Shown here piece after piece: positions 35,279 through 46,162 of a stretch of 61,352 nt of DNA. The DNA lies in IMG/VR virus record IMGVR_UViG_3300009187_000027, positions 1 through 61,352 of that record; one strand, given 5' to 3'. A program made the translations under genes and the position numbers. How positions within the stretch are numbered: position 1 is the first letter of the stretch; each line of letters begins with the position of its first letter. The notes beneath the pieces were generated by a model that saw only the letters and a list, made by a program, of their open reading frames with translations, ran no database searches and had not been told where the DNA came from. The stretch comes from a virus. Lineage: Duplodnaviria > Caudoviricetes.

Positions 35279-37390
35279 ATGCCCAGCGACATTGGCGACG
35301 ATTATTCCGCAGGTCTAGAGCCCACCCCCAAGCAGCCAACGCTTGATGGAGACTCGCCGCTGCGTCGTATCGCCGCCAACTGGCTGAAGAACATCGAGGC
35401 TGCCCGCAAGGCCAAGAGGGTGTTCGACGCCGACGCTGCCGAGTCCATGCGGTTCTTCGATGGTGGTCAGAAGTATCTCTTCGATGCTGGCTGGAGGGGG
35501 CAGGGGCTCATGTCCCGCCCCATTCCAGCGCCAGCGTTTCGGATGTCTGTGAACCGTGTTTTTGAAGCGGTCAAGTTGCTGGGCGCTGTGATCTATAACC
35601 GGAACCCGAACCGGACTGTAACGCCCCGCAAGTTCCCCGTGATCCCGCCAGACATTCTCGGGATCAGCCCAGACGGGATGACGGTAGACCCGATGTCTGG
35701 CATGCCCATGCCCGACCCTGCGGCTCAGATGTACATGCAGACCTCGCAGGCTGTGGGCATGCAGGAGAGTGCCAAGCAGACGCAGGCCAAACTCCTTGAG
35801 GCGTACCTCAACTTCACGCCTCTTGAGAACGACCTGAAGTTGCACAGCAGGCTGGCGGTCGATGAGGGCATTATCAAGGGGGGCGGAGTTCTCTGGACTG
35901 AGGCTCTGGAGTATCCGAACGTCCCGCCCGCAGAGCCGACGATGACGGTGGGCTCGTTCTCGGACAGCGTGGACAACCTGCTGCTCGACCCGGATGCCCA
36001 GACCATCGAGGAGATCACTTGGTGTGCCAAGCGGTGCTACGCCCCAATCGACATGGTTGCTCGCCAGTATGGCCTGACGAGAGACGATCTCCGCAAGCAC
36101 CTTGAGTCGTTCGACGAGCAGGCGAGGGCTGGCGACACCGACCCGAACAACACCACCAACCCGAACAACAACAAGCGTCGGGCTGGCAAGACTAACGAGA
36201 TCGTCTGCTACTACAAGATTTGGTCGAAGTGCGGATTTGGTGATCGCCTCAAGAGTGCCAAGAAAGAGGATCGCGGACTGTTCGATCCGCTTGGCGACTA
36301 CGCCTACATCGTCGTGGCGGAGGGGCTGGAGTACCCGCTCAACGTCCCTCCGAGCGTACTGAACGAGCAGCCTGATCAGGATGGAGTCCCTCAGAGCATG
36401 CGGGCCCGGGCGGCATGGCCCATTCCTTTCTGGGCGGATCGTGGCGGCTGGCCCTTCTCGATGATTGCCTTCCACCGCAAGCCCAACTCGCTCTGGCCCA
36501 TCTCCCACATCAAACCGGGTATTAGCGAATTGAGATTCGTGAATTGGTGCATGTCGTTCCTCGCACAGAGGATCAGCATCAGTTGCGAGACGCTGATTGG
36601 CGTCTCCAAGGCTGCCGATCAAGACCTCAAGCAGCAGATACTCGCCCCCTCCGAGTGTGGCTTCAAGATCGTGGAGATCAGCGAGGCTCTCGGTCGGAAC
36701 GTCAACGAGATCATCAGCATCTTCCAGCAGCCCGGCGTTTCTCAGGACATCTGGCAGATTTGCAACGCCGCCATCGAGTTGTTCGACAAGCGGGTTGGGC
36801 TCACCGAACTCACTTACGGTCTCACTCGGGCGAGCCTGCGATCTGCCACAGAGGCACAGGTCAAGTCCGACCAGATCAGCATCCGCCCCGATGACATGGC
36901 GGAGCAGGTCGAGAACTGGCAGACGCAGATTGCCCGCAAGGAGGCGATGGCTGCCCGGTGGCTGCTGCGGGGCACCGATGTGGCGTCTGTCCTTGGCCCC
37001 CTTGGTGCCGAGGCGTGGGACAGGCAACTCGCAAGCAACACCGACGCCGATGTCTCTGCTGTTGCGAGGGAGTTTGACTACCGGGTCGAGGCTGGCACGA
37101 CACGCAAGCCGAACAAGGGCACACGCATTCAGCAGGCCAACGAGGCGCTTCAGGTTCTGGGGCCAATGCTCCAGCAGGTCGCTGCCTCTGGCAACGTGCA
37201 GCCCTTCAACACGCTTCTCTCGTACTGGGCCGATGTCAACGACTTCGACGCCTCTGGGATGCTCCTCCCCCCGCCGCCGCCACCTGCTCCCCCGATACCG
37301 TCCGGGGTGTCACCGGGTGCTACCTCCTCTCCTCCAGCGCCCGAGAGCAGGGGCGGCGGTGGGGCCGCTCAACCGGAGCCTGTGGCGTGA
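35279..37390 (+). CDS. Portal protein (podovirus type)
   Basis: 703 aa after terL; DNLLLDPDA, RSATEAQ, FDYRVEAGT; Pro-rich tail. Confidence 0.82.
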   Translation: MPSDIGDDYSAGLEPTPKQPTLDGDSPLRRIAANWLKNIEAARKAKRVFDADAAESMRFFDGGQKYLFDAGWRGQGLMSRPIPAPAFRMSVNRVFEAVKLLGAVIYNRNPNRTVTPRKFPVIPPDILGISPDGMTVDPMSGMPMPDPAAQMYMQTSQAVGMQESAKQTQAKLLEAYLNFTPLENDLKLHSRLAVDEGIIKGGGVLWTEALEYPNVPPAEPTMTVGSFSDSVDNLLLDPDAQTIEEITWCAKRCYAPIDMVARQYGLTRDDLRKHLESFDEQARAGDTDPNNTTNPNNNKRRAGKTNEIVCYYKIWSKCGFGDRLKSAKKEDRGLFDPLGDYAYIVVAEGLEYPLNVPPSVLNEQPDQDGVPQSMRARAAWPIPFWADRGGWPFSMIAFHRKPNSLWPISHIKPGISELRFVNWCMSFLAQRISISCETLIGVSKAADQDLKQQILAPSECGFKIVEISEALGRNVNEIISIFQQPGVSQDIWQICNAAIELFDKRVGLTELTYGLTRASLRSATEAQVKSDQISIRPDDMAEQVENWQTQIARKEAMAARWLLRGTDVASVLGPLGAEAWDRQLASNTDADVSAVAREFDYRVEAGTTRKPNKGTRIQQANEALQVLGPMLQQVAASGNVQPFNTLLSYWADVNDFDASGMLLPPPPPPAPPIPSGVSPGATSSPPAPESRGGGGAAQPEPVA

Positions 37391-37776
37391 GCCCAAGGGC
37401 TGCGATAGCCAGAAAGGGAAACAGGTCGGACGCTGGGCGTCTGAAGGAGGCTCTGCGTAAACGTCGCCACGACCTGTGGAAAAAGTTCGCCCTTATACCG
37501 GAGCAGTACGAGGCTGCCTCTGAGCGTCAGGGTGGTGTGTGTTCGATCTGCAAGCAGAAGTGCCAGACCAACGAGCGTCTGGCTGTAGACCACGACCATG
37601 CGACGGGCCACTACCGTGGGCTTCTGTGCCGGAAATGCAACACCGCCCTTGGACTGTTCTCGGACTCTCCAGAGATGCTCCGAAGGGCAGCCGCCTATCT
37701 GGATCGCGGCGGCTCTGATGACTTCTGTTTCGTCACCTTTACCAAACTCATGGAGGAGCGATGGACAAAGAACTGA
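37387..37776 (+). CDS. Endonuclease VII-family protein
   Basis: QGGVCSIC...LAVDHDH.TG.YRGLLCRKCNTALG.F.D. Confidence 0.9.
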   Translation: MSPRAAIARKGNRSDAGRLKEALRKRRHDLWKKFALIPEQYEAASERQGGVCSICKQKCQTNERLAVDHDHATGHYRGLLCRKCNTALGLFSDSPEMLRRAAAYLDRGGSDDFCFVTFTKLMEERWTKN

Positions 37777-38363
37777 TAAACGACATTGCCGATGCCGCAG
37801 GTCTTGGGCAGCACTGGGTGGAGGAGTTTCCGCCAGAACTGCGTGGTGCCTCGCAGGAGTCTAAACGCATCTATCGGTCGGCTATGGCAAACGGGTCAGG
37901 ATACAAGTTCGCCATCATGGTTGCTCTCCAGCAGCCGCCGGGCACCCGTGGCACCGACCGTACACTGATGGAGGGAAAACTCAGCGGCGGCGATCTCGAC
38001 AAACTGCCGACCCGACAGGCCCAGCGAATGGTCAGGGAGGCCCGCGCCGCCGGGATCAACATCTCGGGCAAGACCTACATGTCTGGCATCGCCAACAAGT
38101 CTGGTCACTGCGATCCGAGGGCGTGGGTGTCCAGCGTGGATGAGGTCAAGAAGGTCTGCAAGGATCGTGGCCTGAGTATCCGGGGTGCCGTCAACTTCGA
38201 CAGCCCCGAGGTGGCCCCCCCGAAGAGCGTCCCGATCAACCCGAAACTGGAGCGGCAACTGATCAAGGATTATCAGGCCAAAAACCCCGGCATGTCTCGG
38301 CGGGACGCAAAGCAGATCGTCTGGGACAAGCACGTTCCGCACTGGAAAAAGACCGGCAAATAG
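37761..38363 (+). CDS. Hypothetical protein
   Basis: GGAGGAG RBS, 200 aa. Confidence 0.7.
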   Translation: MDKELINDIADAAGLGQHWVEEFPPELRGASQESKRIYRSAMANGSGYKFAIMVALQQPPGTRGTDRTLMEGKLSGGDLDKLPTRQAQRMVREARAAGINISGKTYMSGIANKSGHCDPRAWVSSVDEVKKVCKDRGLSIRGAVNFDSPEVAPPKSVPINPKLERQLIKDYQAKNPGMSRRDAKQIVWDKHVPHWKKTGK

Positions 38364-38422
38364 CCTGCCGTTTCCGCAGACAAAAAGGCCACAAACAGGG
38401 TGACCCCCTATGGAGAGCCCTG

Positions 38423-38737
38423 ATGGCAAGGATCGAGCGGAACAGCGCAACTTTCCCGGTCAAGATGACCGCCGATCTGGCTACGAGTCAGGTCATCCCC
38501 TACGCGGCTTCGGCGGCGGGCGTTTTCGTCTGCACCGAGGGCGCTGGCAAGGTCGAGTGGCATGTGACCCACGACCCGGATTCGCCAGCCGTCCCGATGT
38601 TCGACTCCAAGAACGCCCCGGTGACGAGCGACGTTTCCGCCGGGAACGCTGTCGAACTGCCGAGTGCCCTTTTCGCCGCAACCTACATCGTGGGCGTTGG
38701 GGTTGACTGTGAGGGTTTCCTCTGCGTTTCGGGGTGA
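38423..38737 (+). CDS. Putative small structural protein
   Basis: Beta-rich 104 aa; GGAG RBS. Confidence 0.65.
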   Translation: MARIERNSATFPVKMTADLATSQVIPYAASAAGVFVCTEGAGKVEWHVTHDPDSPAVPMFDSKNAPVTSDVSAGNAVELPSALFAATYIVGVGVDCEGFLCVSG

Positions 38738-38740
38738 CGC

Positions 38741-38899
38741 ATGTCCCAAGACCAGAGGCTCCTGATCAACGGTTCGGATGACAGCGGTGGGCCGCCCCTG
38801 CCCCCGCCGCCGCCAGTGACCTACCGCATCCTGCAAGAAGACTCGTTCCTGATCCTGACAGAGGCTGGCTTCCCGCTGAGAAAAGAAACGAACACCTAA
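38741..38899 (+). CDS. Small virion-type protein (52 aa)
   Basis: MSQDQRLLING...ILQEDSFLILTEAG read by hand; abuts next start. Confidence 0.55.
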   Translation: MSQDQRLLINGSDDSGGPPLPPPPPVTYRILQEDSFLILTEAGFPLRKETNT

Positions 38900-39697
38900 G
38901 TGGCTGACACACGCATATCCGCTCTGCCCGCTGGCGTAGCCGCCGCCACCACGCTCTTGCCGGGCGTCAATTCGGGCACTACGCAGCGTATCACCGTGCA
39001 GTCGGTGCTGGACTTGGTTGGCTTGATTCAAGGCCCGCCGGGCGTGGACGGGGCACCCGGCGTACCGGGCGCAGACGGTGCTGACGGTCTGCCGGGCGAG
39101 AGCGTCACCGTCTTTGAGAGCGCCACCGAGCCGACCGCCGCCCGCATTGGCGACCTCTGGATCGAGCCGCAGCCCGATGGGCAGTTCCGGCTCTACGTCT
39201 GGACAAGCACGGGCTGGGAGGTTGTCTCGTCTGGAACGGGCAGCCCGACTCTCGTCTCTGAGGATGAGCCCACCGGCGCGTTCCCAGAGGGCTCTCTTTG
39301 GATCGACCCGACCTGTGACCCGACCGTCACTGGCACGGGGACATTCTCCAACCTGAATCCGCCGGTCTACGTTGATCCGCCTGTGACGCAGCAGGCGAAC
39401 GGTCTGTCGATTGGCCTGAGTCCTGACGGGCTTGAGTACCACGAACCGCCAGTGGTTGGGGCAGTGCCGGTATCAGTTGGCGGCGTGACCTACCTCATGC
39501 CGCTGATTGAGGCTCCGAGTGACCTTCGGGCCGCTCCTCTGTTCACGTTCGATGACCCGCCCACGACCCAGACTTTTGCTGGCGACTACATCGGGGTATC
39601 CCCTGACGGTCAGGTCTATTTTGAGCCATCGACCGTTGGTGGAATCCCGGTCGTTGTCGCTGGCAAGACCTATCTCCTACCACTCTGGGAACGCTGA
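38900..39697 (+). CDS. Tail fibre-associated protein with collagen repeat
   Basis: MADTRISALP, G-X-Y run, GDLW/GSLW motifs. Confidence 0.75.
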   Translation: MADTRISALPAGVAAATTLLPGVNSGTTQRITVQSVLDLVGLIQGPPGVDGAPGVPGADGADGLPGESVTVFESATEPTAARIGDLWIEPQPDGQFRLYVWTSTGWEVVSSGTGSPTLVSEDEPTGAFPEGSLWIDPTCDPTVTGTGTFSNLNPPVYVDPPVTQQANGLSIGLSPDGLEYHEPPVVGAVPVSVGGVTYLMPLIEAPSDLRAAPLFTFDDPPTTQTFAGDYIGVSPDGQVYFEPSTVGGIPVVVAGKTYLLPLWER

Positions 39698-39698
39698 A

Positions 39699-41789
39699 AT
39701 GCCCGCACCGACTCGCCCGCAGCCATATCGCGTTGAGCCCAATGCCCTCTCGGTTCCGAAGGGGCTGGTTGGGGTGTACACCGACGCCGAGATCGACGCA
39801 CTTCTGGCTGCCCTGCCTGCCGGTGGCGACCCTGCCATCACTGTCCACGCTGGGTCGCCCCCTGTGCCGCTCTCCGGTGACCCAACCCCGCAAGAGTTGG
39901 AAGACTCCTTTGCCGTCCTGCCCAATGGGTTGCATTACTATCCCGACAACGGCTCGCTGGTTGCCGTCTTGCGCGGGGAGTATCAGACAACCATCACGAT
40001 CACTGGTGCCGTCAAGTCGGTCGCCCAGATCGTCAAGTCTTCGGCTGGCCTGCCCACTCCCGAAAACCCGTCAATGATCGTCACGCAAGCCGCTGACGGG
40101 AGGTGGCTCCGGGTAAGGGGCGACAGGCTGGATCAGCCGTTTGGCGACCCAGAGATAGTTGACATCTTCAAGTTGGTCGCCAGCGGTGACCTGACGGTTC
40201 TGAATGCCTACTACACGGCGCTGGAGGTCGATGCCCTTCTGGCTGCACTGCCGACCGGCGGCGACTGCGACACCTCCAACTACTACGTCAAGGAGGACGT
40301 AAACGTCTTTCTGGCAGACAAGGCGGATAAGGAAGACACATACACGAAGCCGGAAATCGATGCCATCCTAGTGCCCCTGCAATCTTCCTCAGACAATGCC
40401 GCTGATGCTATTCGGGAACTGGCAGCCAAGTGCATTGAACTCAAGAAGACCACCTACACGAAGAACGAGACCGACGAAGCCATCGCTGCCGCTGTCTCAG
40501 GTCAACTCACGCCTGAACAGATCGAGGAGATCATCTCTCAGGTCGGCCCGGTCGATCTGACGGCATACTTCAAGAGCGAGGACTTCACCGGGCCAAACGT
40601 AGCCCTCGCCCTTCAGGGCCAGACGATTCAGGCGGACGGGCTGACAACTACGAACTTCATCCTGAGTGACCATGCGATTGGTGCCAGTGGCGGTCGCATC
40701 GTCACGCAGGAACTGGGTGGCCCCGAGAACACGGTGGCCTACCTGTCTGACATCGTGGCTCCCGACCTGACTGCATACGCGAAGGCACAGAGCAGCAGCC
40801 AGAACCTCCTCACCAAAACCATAACTGCCGTAGGCTATGGGTTTGGCAGCACAGTCACGCCCCCAGCCGCTCTTTCCTACACCGACACGGGGGAAGGCTT
40901 TGGCACCCGGCTGGTGTTAACCGTTGGCTTAGTTAACGACTATGTAGCCCTGCGGTCGGACTTTGAACCGATCAAGGCCCGCATGGATGCAATGGAGAGC
41001 AAGGGTGCCCCGACCGTCGATCTCTCGACAACTGCCAGCAAGGAGTCGGTCGATCTCCTCCGCAGCCAAGTGCAGACCATCTTCGACTCGATCTACACGC
41101 GGGTCGAAGCAGATGCCCGATACCCGGAGCAGGCGAAGACCTACACGAAGGCTGAGTGCGACGGCAAGTTCCTGACGATTGTGGACATCAACCAGTTCGC
41201 CTACAAGGCTGACGTTTACACGCAGAAGCAGACCGATGACCGCTTCATGCGGATCGAGCAGGCTTTCAGCAAGGTGGACTTCGATAACCAGATGGCGTTG
41301 ATGCTGTACTCCCGCAAGCAGATTGATGACCGGCTGGCTGCCATCAACCCTCTCGGCTCACCGTCGATCAACAACCCGGCCCTAGCGGAATTCAAGCAGT
41401 CGGTGCTGGATGAGGTGAAGTTGATGCTTGCAGGCGGCACGAAGCAACCGCCGCCAGACATTGATTGGACATGGATGATTCGCATGGATGGGGCGAAGGA
41501 GTCTGTCTCTACCGAGATTCAAGCGCGGATGATCGGTGGGTTCATAGAACTCAAGGGGACTCTGTCGTTCAATGCTGGCAGCGGCGCGTGGGTGCCGCTG
41601 CGACTGCCGCCACAGTTTCCGCTGGCGGAACTTGAGGCGAACTATCCGCTTGCCATGCGGCTCGTTGGGTCTGCCGTTACCTATGGCTACTGCACCGTCA
41701 GTAACAAAGACCGCAACATCTCGTGTAGTCCCGGCGCACGTTCAAGCGAGGCGGCATTTTCTGGCATTCGCTGGAAGGCGGCTTACTAG
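39699..41789 (+). CDS. Fibre protein with YTKxE repeats
   Basis: Repeated Y(T/S)K.E.D units; beta-rich C-terminus. Confidence 0.75.
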   Translation: MPAPTRPQPYRVEPNALSVPKGLVGVYTDAEIDALLAALPAGGDPAITVHAGSPPVPLSGDPTPQELEDSFAVLPNGLHYYPDNGSLVAVLRGEYQTTITITGAVKSVAQIVKSSAGLPTPENPSMIVTQAADGRWLRVRGDRLDQPFGDPEIVDIFKLVASGDLTVLNAYYTALEVDALLAALPTGGDCDTSNYYVKEDVNVFLADKADKEDTYTKPEIDAILVPLQSSSDNAADAIRELAAKCIELKKTTYTKNETDEAIAAAVSGQLTPEQIEEIISQVGPVDLTAYFKSEDFTGPNVALALQGQTIQADGLTTTNFILSDHAIGASGGRIVTQELGGPENTVAYLSDIVAPDLTAYAKAQSSSQNLLTKTITAVGYGFGSTVTPPAALSYTDTGEGFGTRLVLTVGLVNDYVALRSDFEPIKARMDAMESKGAPTVDLSTTASKESVDLLRSQVQTIFDSIYTRVEADARYPEQAKTYTKAECDGKFLTIVDINQFAYKADVYTQKQTDDRFMRIEQAFSKVDFDNQMALMLYSRKQIDDRLAAINPLGSPSINNPALAEFKQSVLDEVKLMLAGGTKQPPPDIDWTWMIRMDGAKESVSTEIQARMIGGFIELKGTLSFNAGSGAWVPLRLPPQFPLAELEANYPLAMRLVGSAVTYGYCTVSNKDRNISCSPGARSSEAAFSGIRWKAAY

Positions 41790-41829
41790 TGATTCTCTCT
41801 AACCACCACATCATCGAGGACAAGAAGTA

Positions 41830-43011
41830 ATGGCTTGCATGTACTACTGGTCGGGCACGGCTTGGCTCCCGGTCTCCTCTGGTGGCGGCGGCTCCGACTC
41901 GGCGCACATCGTCTCCGACACCGAGCCGACAGGAGTGGCGGCGGTGGGCGACTTGTGGATTCAGCCGAACGGCACTGCCCCTCCGGGTTCACCGGGCGAG
42001 GGTGAGCCCGGCCCGCAGGGCGAACCGGGCCTTGCTGCCACAATCGAAGTGGCTGAAACGATCACGATTGGTGCTGGACTTCCAGCCTCAGTGATCAATG
42101 TCGGGAACGAGAACAAGGCATCTCTGTCATTCAAGATTCCTCAAGGCTTGCCCGGTGCGGCTGGCCCGGCTGGCCCGCAGGGCGTTCAAGGCGTGGACGG
42201 GATTCAAGGCCCGCCGGGCGTTCAAGGCGTGGACGGGATTCAAGGCCCGCCGGGTCTTGGCATCCGATACGCAGGCACGGTCGATGCTCAAGGCGACCTT
42301 CCCGCAACTGCCACGCAAGGCGATCTCTATGTTGTCTCGACTCCCGAGCCCGCTAGGGGTTTTGTCTGGGATGAGGTGAAGGCTGCATGGCAAGACTCTG
42401 GCCCGGTGCAAGGCCCGCAGGGCGTGGCTGGCCCGCAGGGCATCAAGGGCGACACTGGCCCCGCTGGCCCCGCCGGTGCTGATGCTGCCATTGTTCCCGC
42501 CACCGCCACTGTACTCGGCGGCGTGAAGATCGGCTCCGGCGTCACGGTCGCGGCTGACGGCACCATCTCTGTTGCCGGTGGTGGCTCTGGCTATCTGCCT
42601 CTGTCTGGCGGCACCATGACCGGCACTATCGTTGCTGGCACTGCTGCAACCTTCGCCACCAATTCGGCTGGAACCTACAAACTCAGTCTTGCTGGTGGTG
42701 GTGTTGCTGTCATGGCTGGCAGCAACTTGACGGTGTGGACAGGTGCCCAGATCACGAACTATGTGCCCCTCGTTACTCCCGGCACTGGCACCGGTGTGCA
42801 GTTTGGCAGCGGTGGTGGCTCACTGAATCGCGGCAGTGTGCTGGGGAAGATCGCTGCCACTGGCATGATCGAACTGCCGACCACTCCACCGGCTGCGGGT
42901 GAGGCTGTCAGGCGCGACTATGTGGACGGTCGAGTGATCGCACAAGCCGCTGGTGGTGCCGCCCCCGCTGTCACCGGACTGAACGCTGGAACCCTGTGGG
43001 TTGAATACTGA
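41830..43011 (+). CDS. Collagen-like tail fibre
   Basis: G-X-Y runs, ATATVLGGVKIG, YLPLSGGTMTG. Confidence 0.82.
   Translation: MACMYYWSGTAWLPVSSGGGGSDSAHIVSDTEPTGVAAVGDLWIQPNGTAPPGSPGEGEPGPQGEPGLAATIEVAETITIGAGLPASVINVGNENKASLSFKIPQGLPGAAGPAGPQGVQGVDGIQGPPGVQGVDGIQGPPGLGIRYAGTVDAQGDLPATATQGDLYVVSTPEPARGFVWDEVKAAWQDSGPVQGPQGVAGPQGIKGDTGPAGPAGADAAIVPATATVLGGVKIGSGVTVAADGTISVAGGGSGYLPLSGGTMTGTIVAGTAATFATNSAGTYKLSLAGGGVAVMAGSNLTVWTGAQITNYVPLVTPGTGTGVQFGSGGGSLNRGSVLGKIAATGMIELPTTPPAAGEAVRRDYVDGRVIAQAAGGAAPAVTGLNAGTLWVEY
42181..42252 (+). repeat. 36-bp tandem duplication in collagen region
   Basis: ggcgttcaaggcgtggacgggattcaaggcccgccg x2. Confidence 0.9.
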
Positions 43012-43424
43012 TGACCGTACAAGTCCTCAACTCCGGTGCATGGAAAGAAGCCACCCCGAAAGGTGTGCTTGTTGGTGGTGCATGGGTCACTCCCAAGAAG
43101 ATGTACAGCCTCGTTGGTGGTGAGTGGAATCTCGTCTGGGAGGAAGCCTCCACTGAAGAGCCGCCTTACCTCTATGCCTGCGATGCCGTCTACAAGCCGG
43201 GATATGTAGTTGACTTCACAGCCCGCATCGGTGCCCCCGAAGACCCCGAAGAAGCCTTCATGTTTCGGTGTGTGCAGATTCCGCGAGATGGCTATGTCGG
43301 TCGCACCTTCTCAAAGACATGGGCGGAGGGGTTCACCAAACTGGATTGCACACTTGAAGATGTGTCCAACGTGGCGGGTCGCGACCGACGCAAGATCGAG
43401 TTCTCCATCAACCCAAGACCCTAA
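43011..43424 (+). CDS. Tail-associated protein
   Basis: GAWK/GAWV/GEW repeats; coupled start and stop. Confidence 0.65.
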   Translation: MTVQVLNSGAWKEATPKGVLVGGAWVTPKKMYSLVGGEWNLVWEEASTEEPPYLYACDAVYKPGYVVDFTARIGAPEDPEEAFMFRCVQIPRDGYVGRTFSKTWAEGFTKLDCTLEDVSNVAGRDRRKIEFSINPRP

Positions 43425-43666
43425 TGGCACACAACCTCTACTACTTCGACGGCACAGGCTGGCAGCCGATCTCATCGGGTGGCGGCGGCAGTGTTGGCCC
43501 TCAAGGCCCACAGGGCGAGCCGGGCAAATCAATCAACGTCTTCGTTCAGCAAACCACTCCCACCACTGCCAGCGTGGGTGACCACTGGATCAACGACGGT
43601 GTGACGAAGACGTATCGAACGCTTGATGAAGTGAAGACCTACCGAACTCTTGATGACCTAACCTGA
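43424..43666 (+). CDS. Small collagen-motif fibre protein
   Basis: [24 protein letters not shown] x2. Confidence 0.65.
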   Translation: MAHNLYYFDGTGWQPISSGGGGSVGPQGPQGEPGKSINVFVQQTTPTTASVGDHWINDGVTKTYRTLDEVKTYRTLDDLT

Positions 43667-43673
43667 AAGGAAC

Positions 43674-44279
43674 ATGACTATGGCTGATGTCCTTGTATAC
43701 AACGGAACCGAATGGCTGTCTCTGCGTGGCCCCGCTGGTGCCGATGGTGTCGCCGGTGCGGACGGTGCGCAGGGCGAGGTCGGCCCCGCAGGCCCTGCCG
43801 GTGCGGACGGTGTTGCTGGTGAGGCTGGCCCGAAGGGCGATCCGGGCGAGCAAGGCCCTGCCGGTGAGAAGGGTGACAAGGGCGACTCGGGCAGCGGCGT
43901 GACCATCAAGGGCACTGCCACTGCGTTCCCGCCTGACGCTGCTCCTGAAGTCGGTGATATGTGGCTTGCTGGTGATCCGGTGCCGGTTGGCACTCCTGCC
44001 AGCGCGAGCGGCCCTGCCCAGCCCGGCGACGGGATCGTGTGGGATTCGGCGGCGTGGATCAACGTCGGCCCCGTGCGTGGCCCGGTTGGCCCGCAAGGCC
44101 CCGCTGGTGCGGACGGCGTTGACGGTGTCGCCGGTGCCGATGGTGCGAAGGGCGATCCCGGCGAGAAGGGTGAGGCTGGTGCGGATGGTGCCGATGGCGT
44201 GTCGCAGGAAGTCTATGGCCCGCAGCCCAACGAGCCGGTCGGTGCCGCGAAGGGCGCGATCTGGTTCCAGATTCCGTAA
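43674..44279 (+). CDS. Collagen-like fibre protein
   Basis: Two long G-X-Y tracts. Confidence 0.8.
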   Translation: MTMADVLVYNGTEWLSLRGPAGADGVAGADGAQGEVGPAGPAGADGVAGEAGPKGDPGEQGPAGEKGDKGDSGSGVTIKGTATAFPPDAAPEVGDMWLAGDPVPVGTPASASGPAQPGDGIVWDSAAWINVGPVRGPVGPQGPAGADGVDGVAGADGAKGDPGEKGEAGADGADGVSQEVYGPQPNEPVGAAKGAIWFQIP

Positions 44280-44338
44280 CGTCATCGAAGAGGGGGCTGC
44301 AATCTCGCACCCCCTAGCACCTCTAAGGCTCAATCATC

Positions 44339-46159
44339 ATGGCTGATCCCAACCCTCATATCTTCGACGGTACGAAGTGGCTCTCGCTCAAAGGTGCTGA
44401 TGGGCAACCCGGCCCCACGACGGTCAGTGCAGATGCTGGCAACGCTACTAGGCTGGGCTCTGACGGGCGAATCTACACGCCTACCGTCACGCCGCCTGCC
44501 GCCTCTACAACGCCGCCAATCACTGATGCCGCCACCGCTGCGGTTGGTACGTCTGCCGCCTATGCCCGAGCCGATCACGTTCACCAACTGCCGACCCTAG
44601 CCGCTCTCGGTGCTGCGGCTGCCAACCACACTCACAAACTGGACGATCTGACTGACGTTGCCGTCACCACTCCAGCCACCGGGCAAGTGGTTCGTTACAA
44701 CGGCACCCAGTTCGTGAATGCGGCTCTGGCCTATACGGACATCACTGGGACTCCAGCGATCCCTGCCGCAGTCAACCCCTCTACCGTTGCCGGTGCCGCT
44801 GACTCTGCCGCTGGTGCCGTTGGAACCGCCACGACATACGCCCGTGCCGATCACTCGCACCCCTTTCCAACCGCTGCACAGGTCGGTGCGATCACTCAGG
44901 CACAAGCCGATGCCCGATACGTCGAGGTGGCTGGCGACACGATGACGGGGCCGCTCACCGTCGCCACGAATCTCAGCGTCGATACGACCGGCGGTGTTGG
45001 CATCGCGGAGATTGCATCGTTGCCGGTGTTTGCTGCTGGTGCGAGTGGCCCGGTGTTGACGCTGGAGAACACTGCCGGGCGGGCGGCGATCCGGCTCGGT
45101 ACGTCGGCGACGGCTACGAATAATATCTTCATCGATAGCATCGGCGATGGGCGGCTTGCTCTGCGAACTGGCAACGTCGGTACTATTCCAGAGCAATTGA
45201 TTGCCGTTATCGGAAAATCTGCTGTCGGTTGGAATACTGACGGCTTCACAGTCTCCACTGCTGCGTTAGTGCCTTACTGTCAGTTTGCCCCTTCTACGTC
45301 TGCAATCACCACAAACTCGCTTTCGATAGTAACGTCGGACGGCGCGTCGATTGCGAATTTTACCAAAAATGGCATTGGATTTCGTACTGACGGCTTCAAC
45401 GTACTTACTCCTGCCGGAACCACCCCCTACTGTCAGTTTGGCCCACTCGCCAGCGCAATCTCAACGGATGCGTTTACAGTTCGTGACACCGCTGCGCAGA
45501 CTCGTCTGAATGTCTCTACGTCAGGCTCTCGGGTTGTCGGCCCAGAAGTCGTTATTATCGACGACGCTGGCTACCGTCTTGCTACGTTCAAGGACAGGGC
45601 GCTTGCTATCGGAACGCTCGACGCGCTGGGGGATGCAGCGGCGGCTCAGATCGTTGTAGTGGGTGACGATCTTGGAGGCGTGGCGGCGTCCGCTGCATCT
45701 ACGCTGGCTCAAAGCAACACGCGGGCCACAGTCTCGATCCGCCCTAGTCCATACAGCGGATACACGCTGGCGATTGGTCCGGAGTCCACGAATAATGCTC
45801 CTTACATACAAGGGGTGACCTACGCGGGAGGCTCGGCGGCTTCACCGGTTTCGATCAATCCGTTTGGCGGCGGGATTGGTATCGGGCTCATTCCTACTGT
45901 GGCTGGCGTCGAGGCGGAAGTCGGTGGTGATCTGCTGATTCGCGGCGCGGTGAACTGCTCTGGAAACATCACCAGTACCGGCACCGCTCACGCATTCGCG
46001 GCTGGCTCGATCCCCAGCCCTGCGGTGATCGGCAACACACCGAGAACCATCGCCGCCACTGGCTCGGCTGGCTTTGCGGGCCAGATGGTATGGGACGATA
46101 ACTTCATCTACCTGAGAACCACCAGCGGCTGGAAAAAAGTAGCCCTCACGGCGATCTAA
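44339..46159 (+). CDS. Tail fibre / receptor-binding protein
   Basis: YARADH x2, LDDLTDV, GDTMTGPL, C-terminal WDDNFIYL....WKKVAL. Confidence 0.8.
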   Translation: MADPNPHIFDGTKWLSLKGADGQPGPTTVSADAGNATRLGSDGRIYTPTVTPPAASTTPPITDAATAAVGTSAAYARADHVHQLPTLAALGAAAANHTHKLDDLTDVAVTTPATGQVVRYNGTQFVNAALAYTDITGTPAIPAAVNPSTVAGAADSAAGAVGTATTYARADHSHPFPTAAQVGAITQAQADARYVEVAGDTMTGPLTVATNLSVDTTGGVGIAEIASLPVFAAGASGPVLTLENTAGRAAIRLGTSATATNNIFIDSIGDGRLALRTGNVGTIPEQLIAVIGKSAVGWNTDGFTVSTAALVPYCQFAPSTSAITTNSLSIVTSDGASIANFTKNGIGFRTDGFNVLTPAGTTPYCQFGPLASAISTDAFTVRDTAAQTRLNVSTSGSRVVGPEVVIIDDAGYRLATFKDRALAIGTLDALGDAAAAQIVVVGDDLGGVAASAASTLAQSNTRATVSIRPSPYSGYTLAIGPESTNNAPYIQGVTYAGGSAASPVSINPFGGGIGIGLIPTVAGVEAEVGGDLLIRGAVNCSGNITSTGTAHAFAAGSIPSPAVIGNTPRTIAATGSAGFAGQMVWDDNFIYLRTTSGWKKVALTAI

Positions 46160-46162
46160 GGC

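Noticed and set aside
37387-37776. Intron or intein-associated homing endonuclease in the portal
   Set aside because: Free-standing EndoVII ORF coupled to intact neighbours; no split gene evident
44339-46159. Diversity-generating retroelement at the fibre genes
   Set aside because: No reverse transcriptase recognised and no adenine-specific template/variable repeat pair seen
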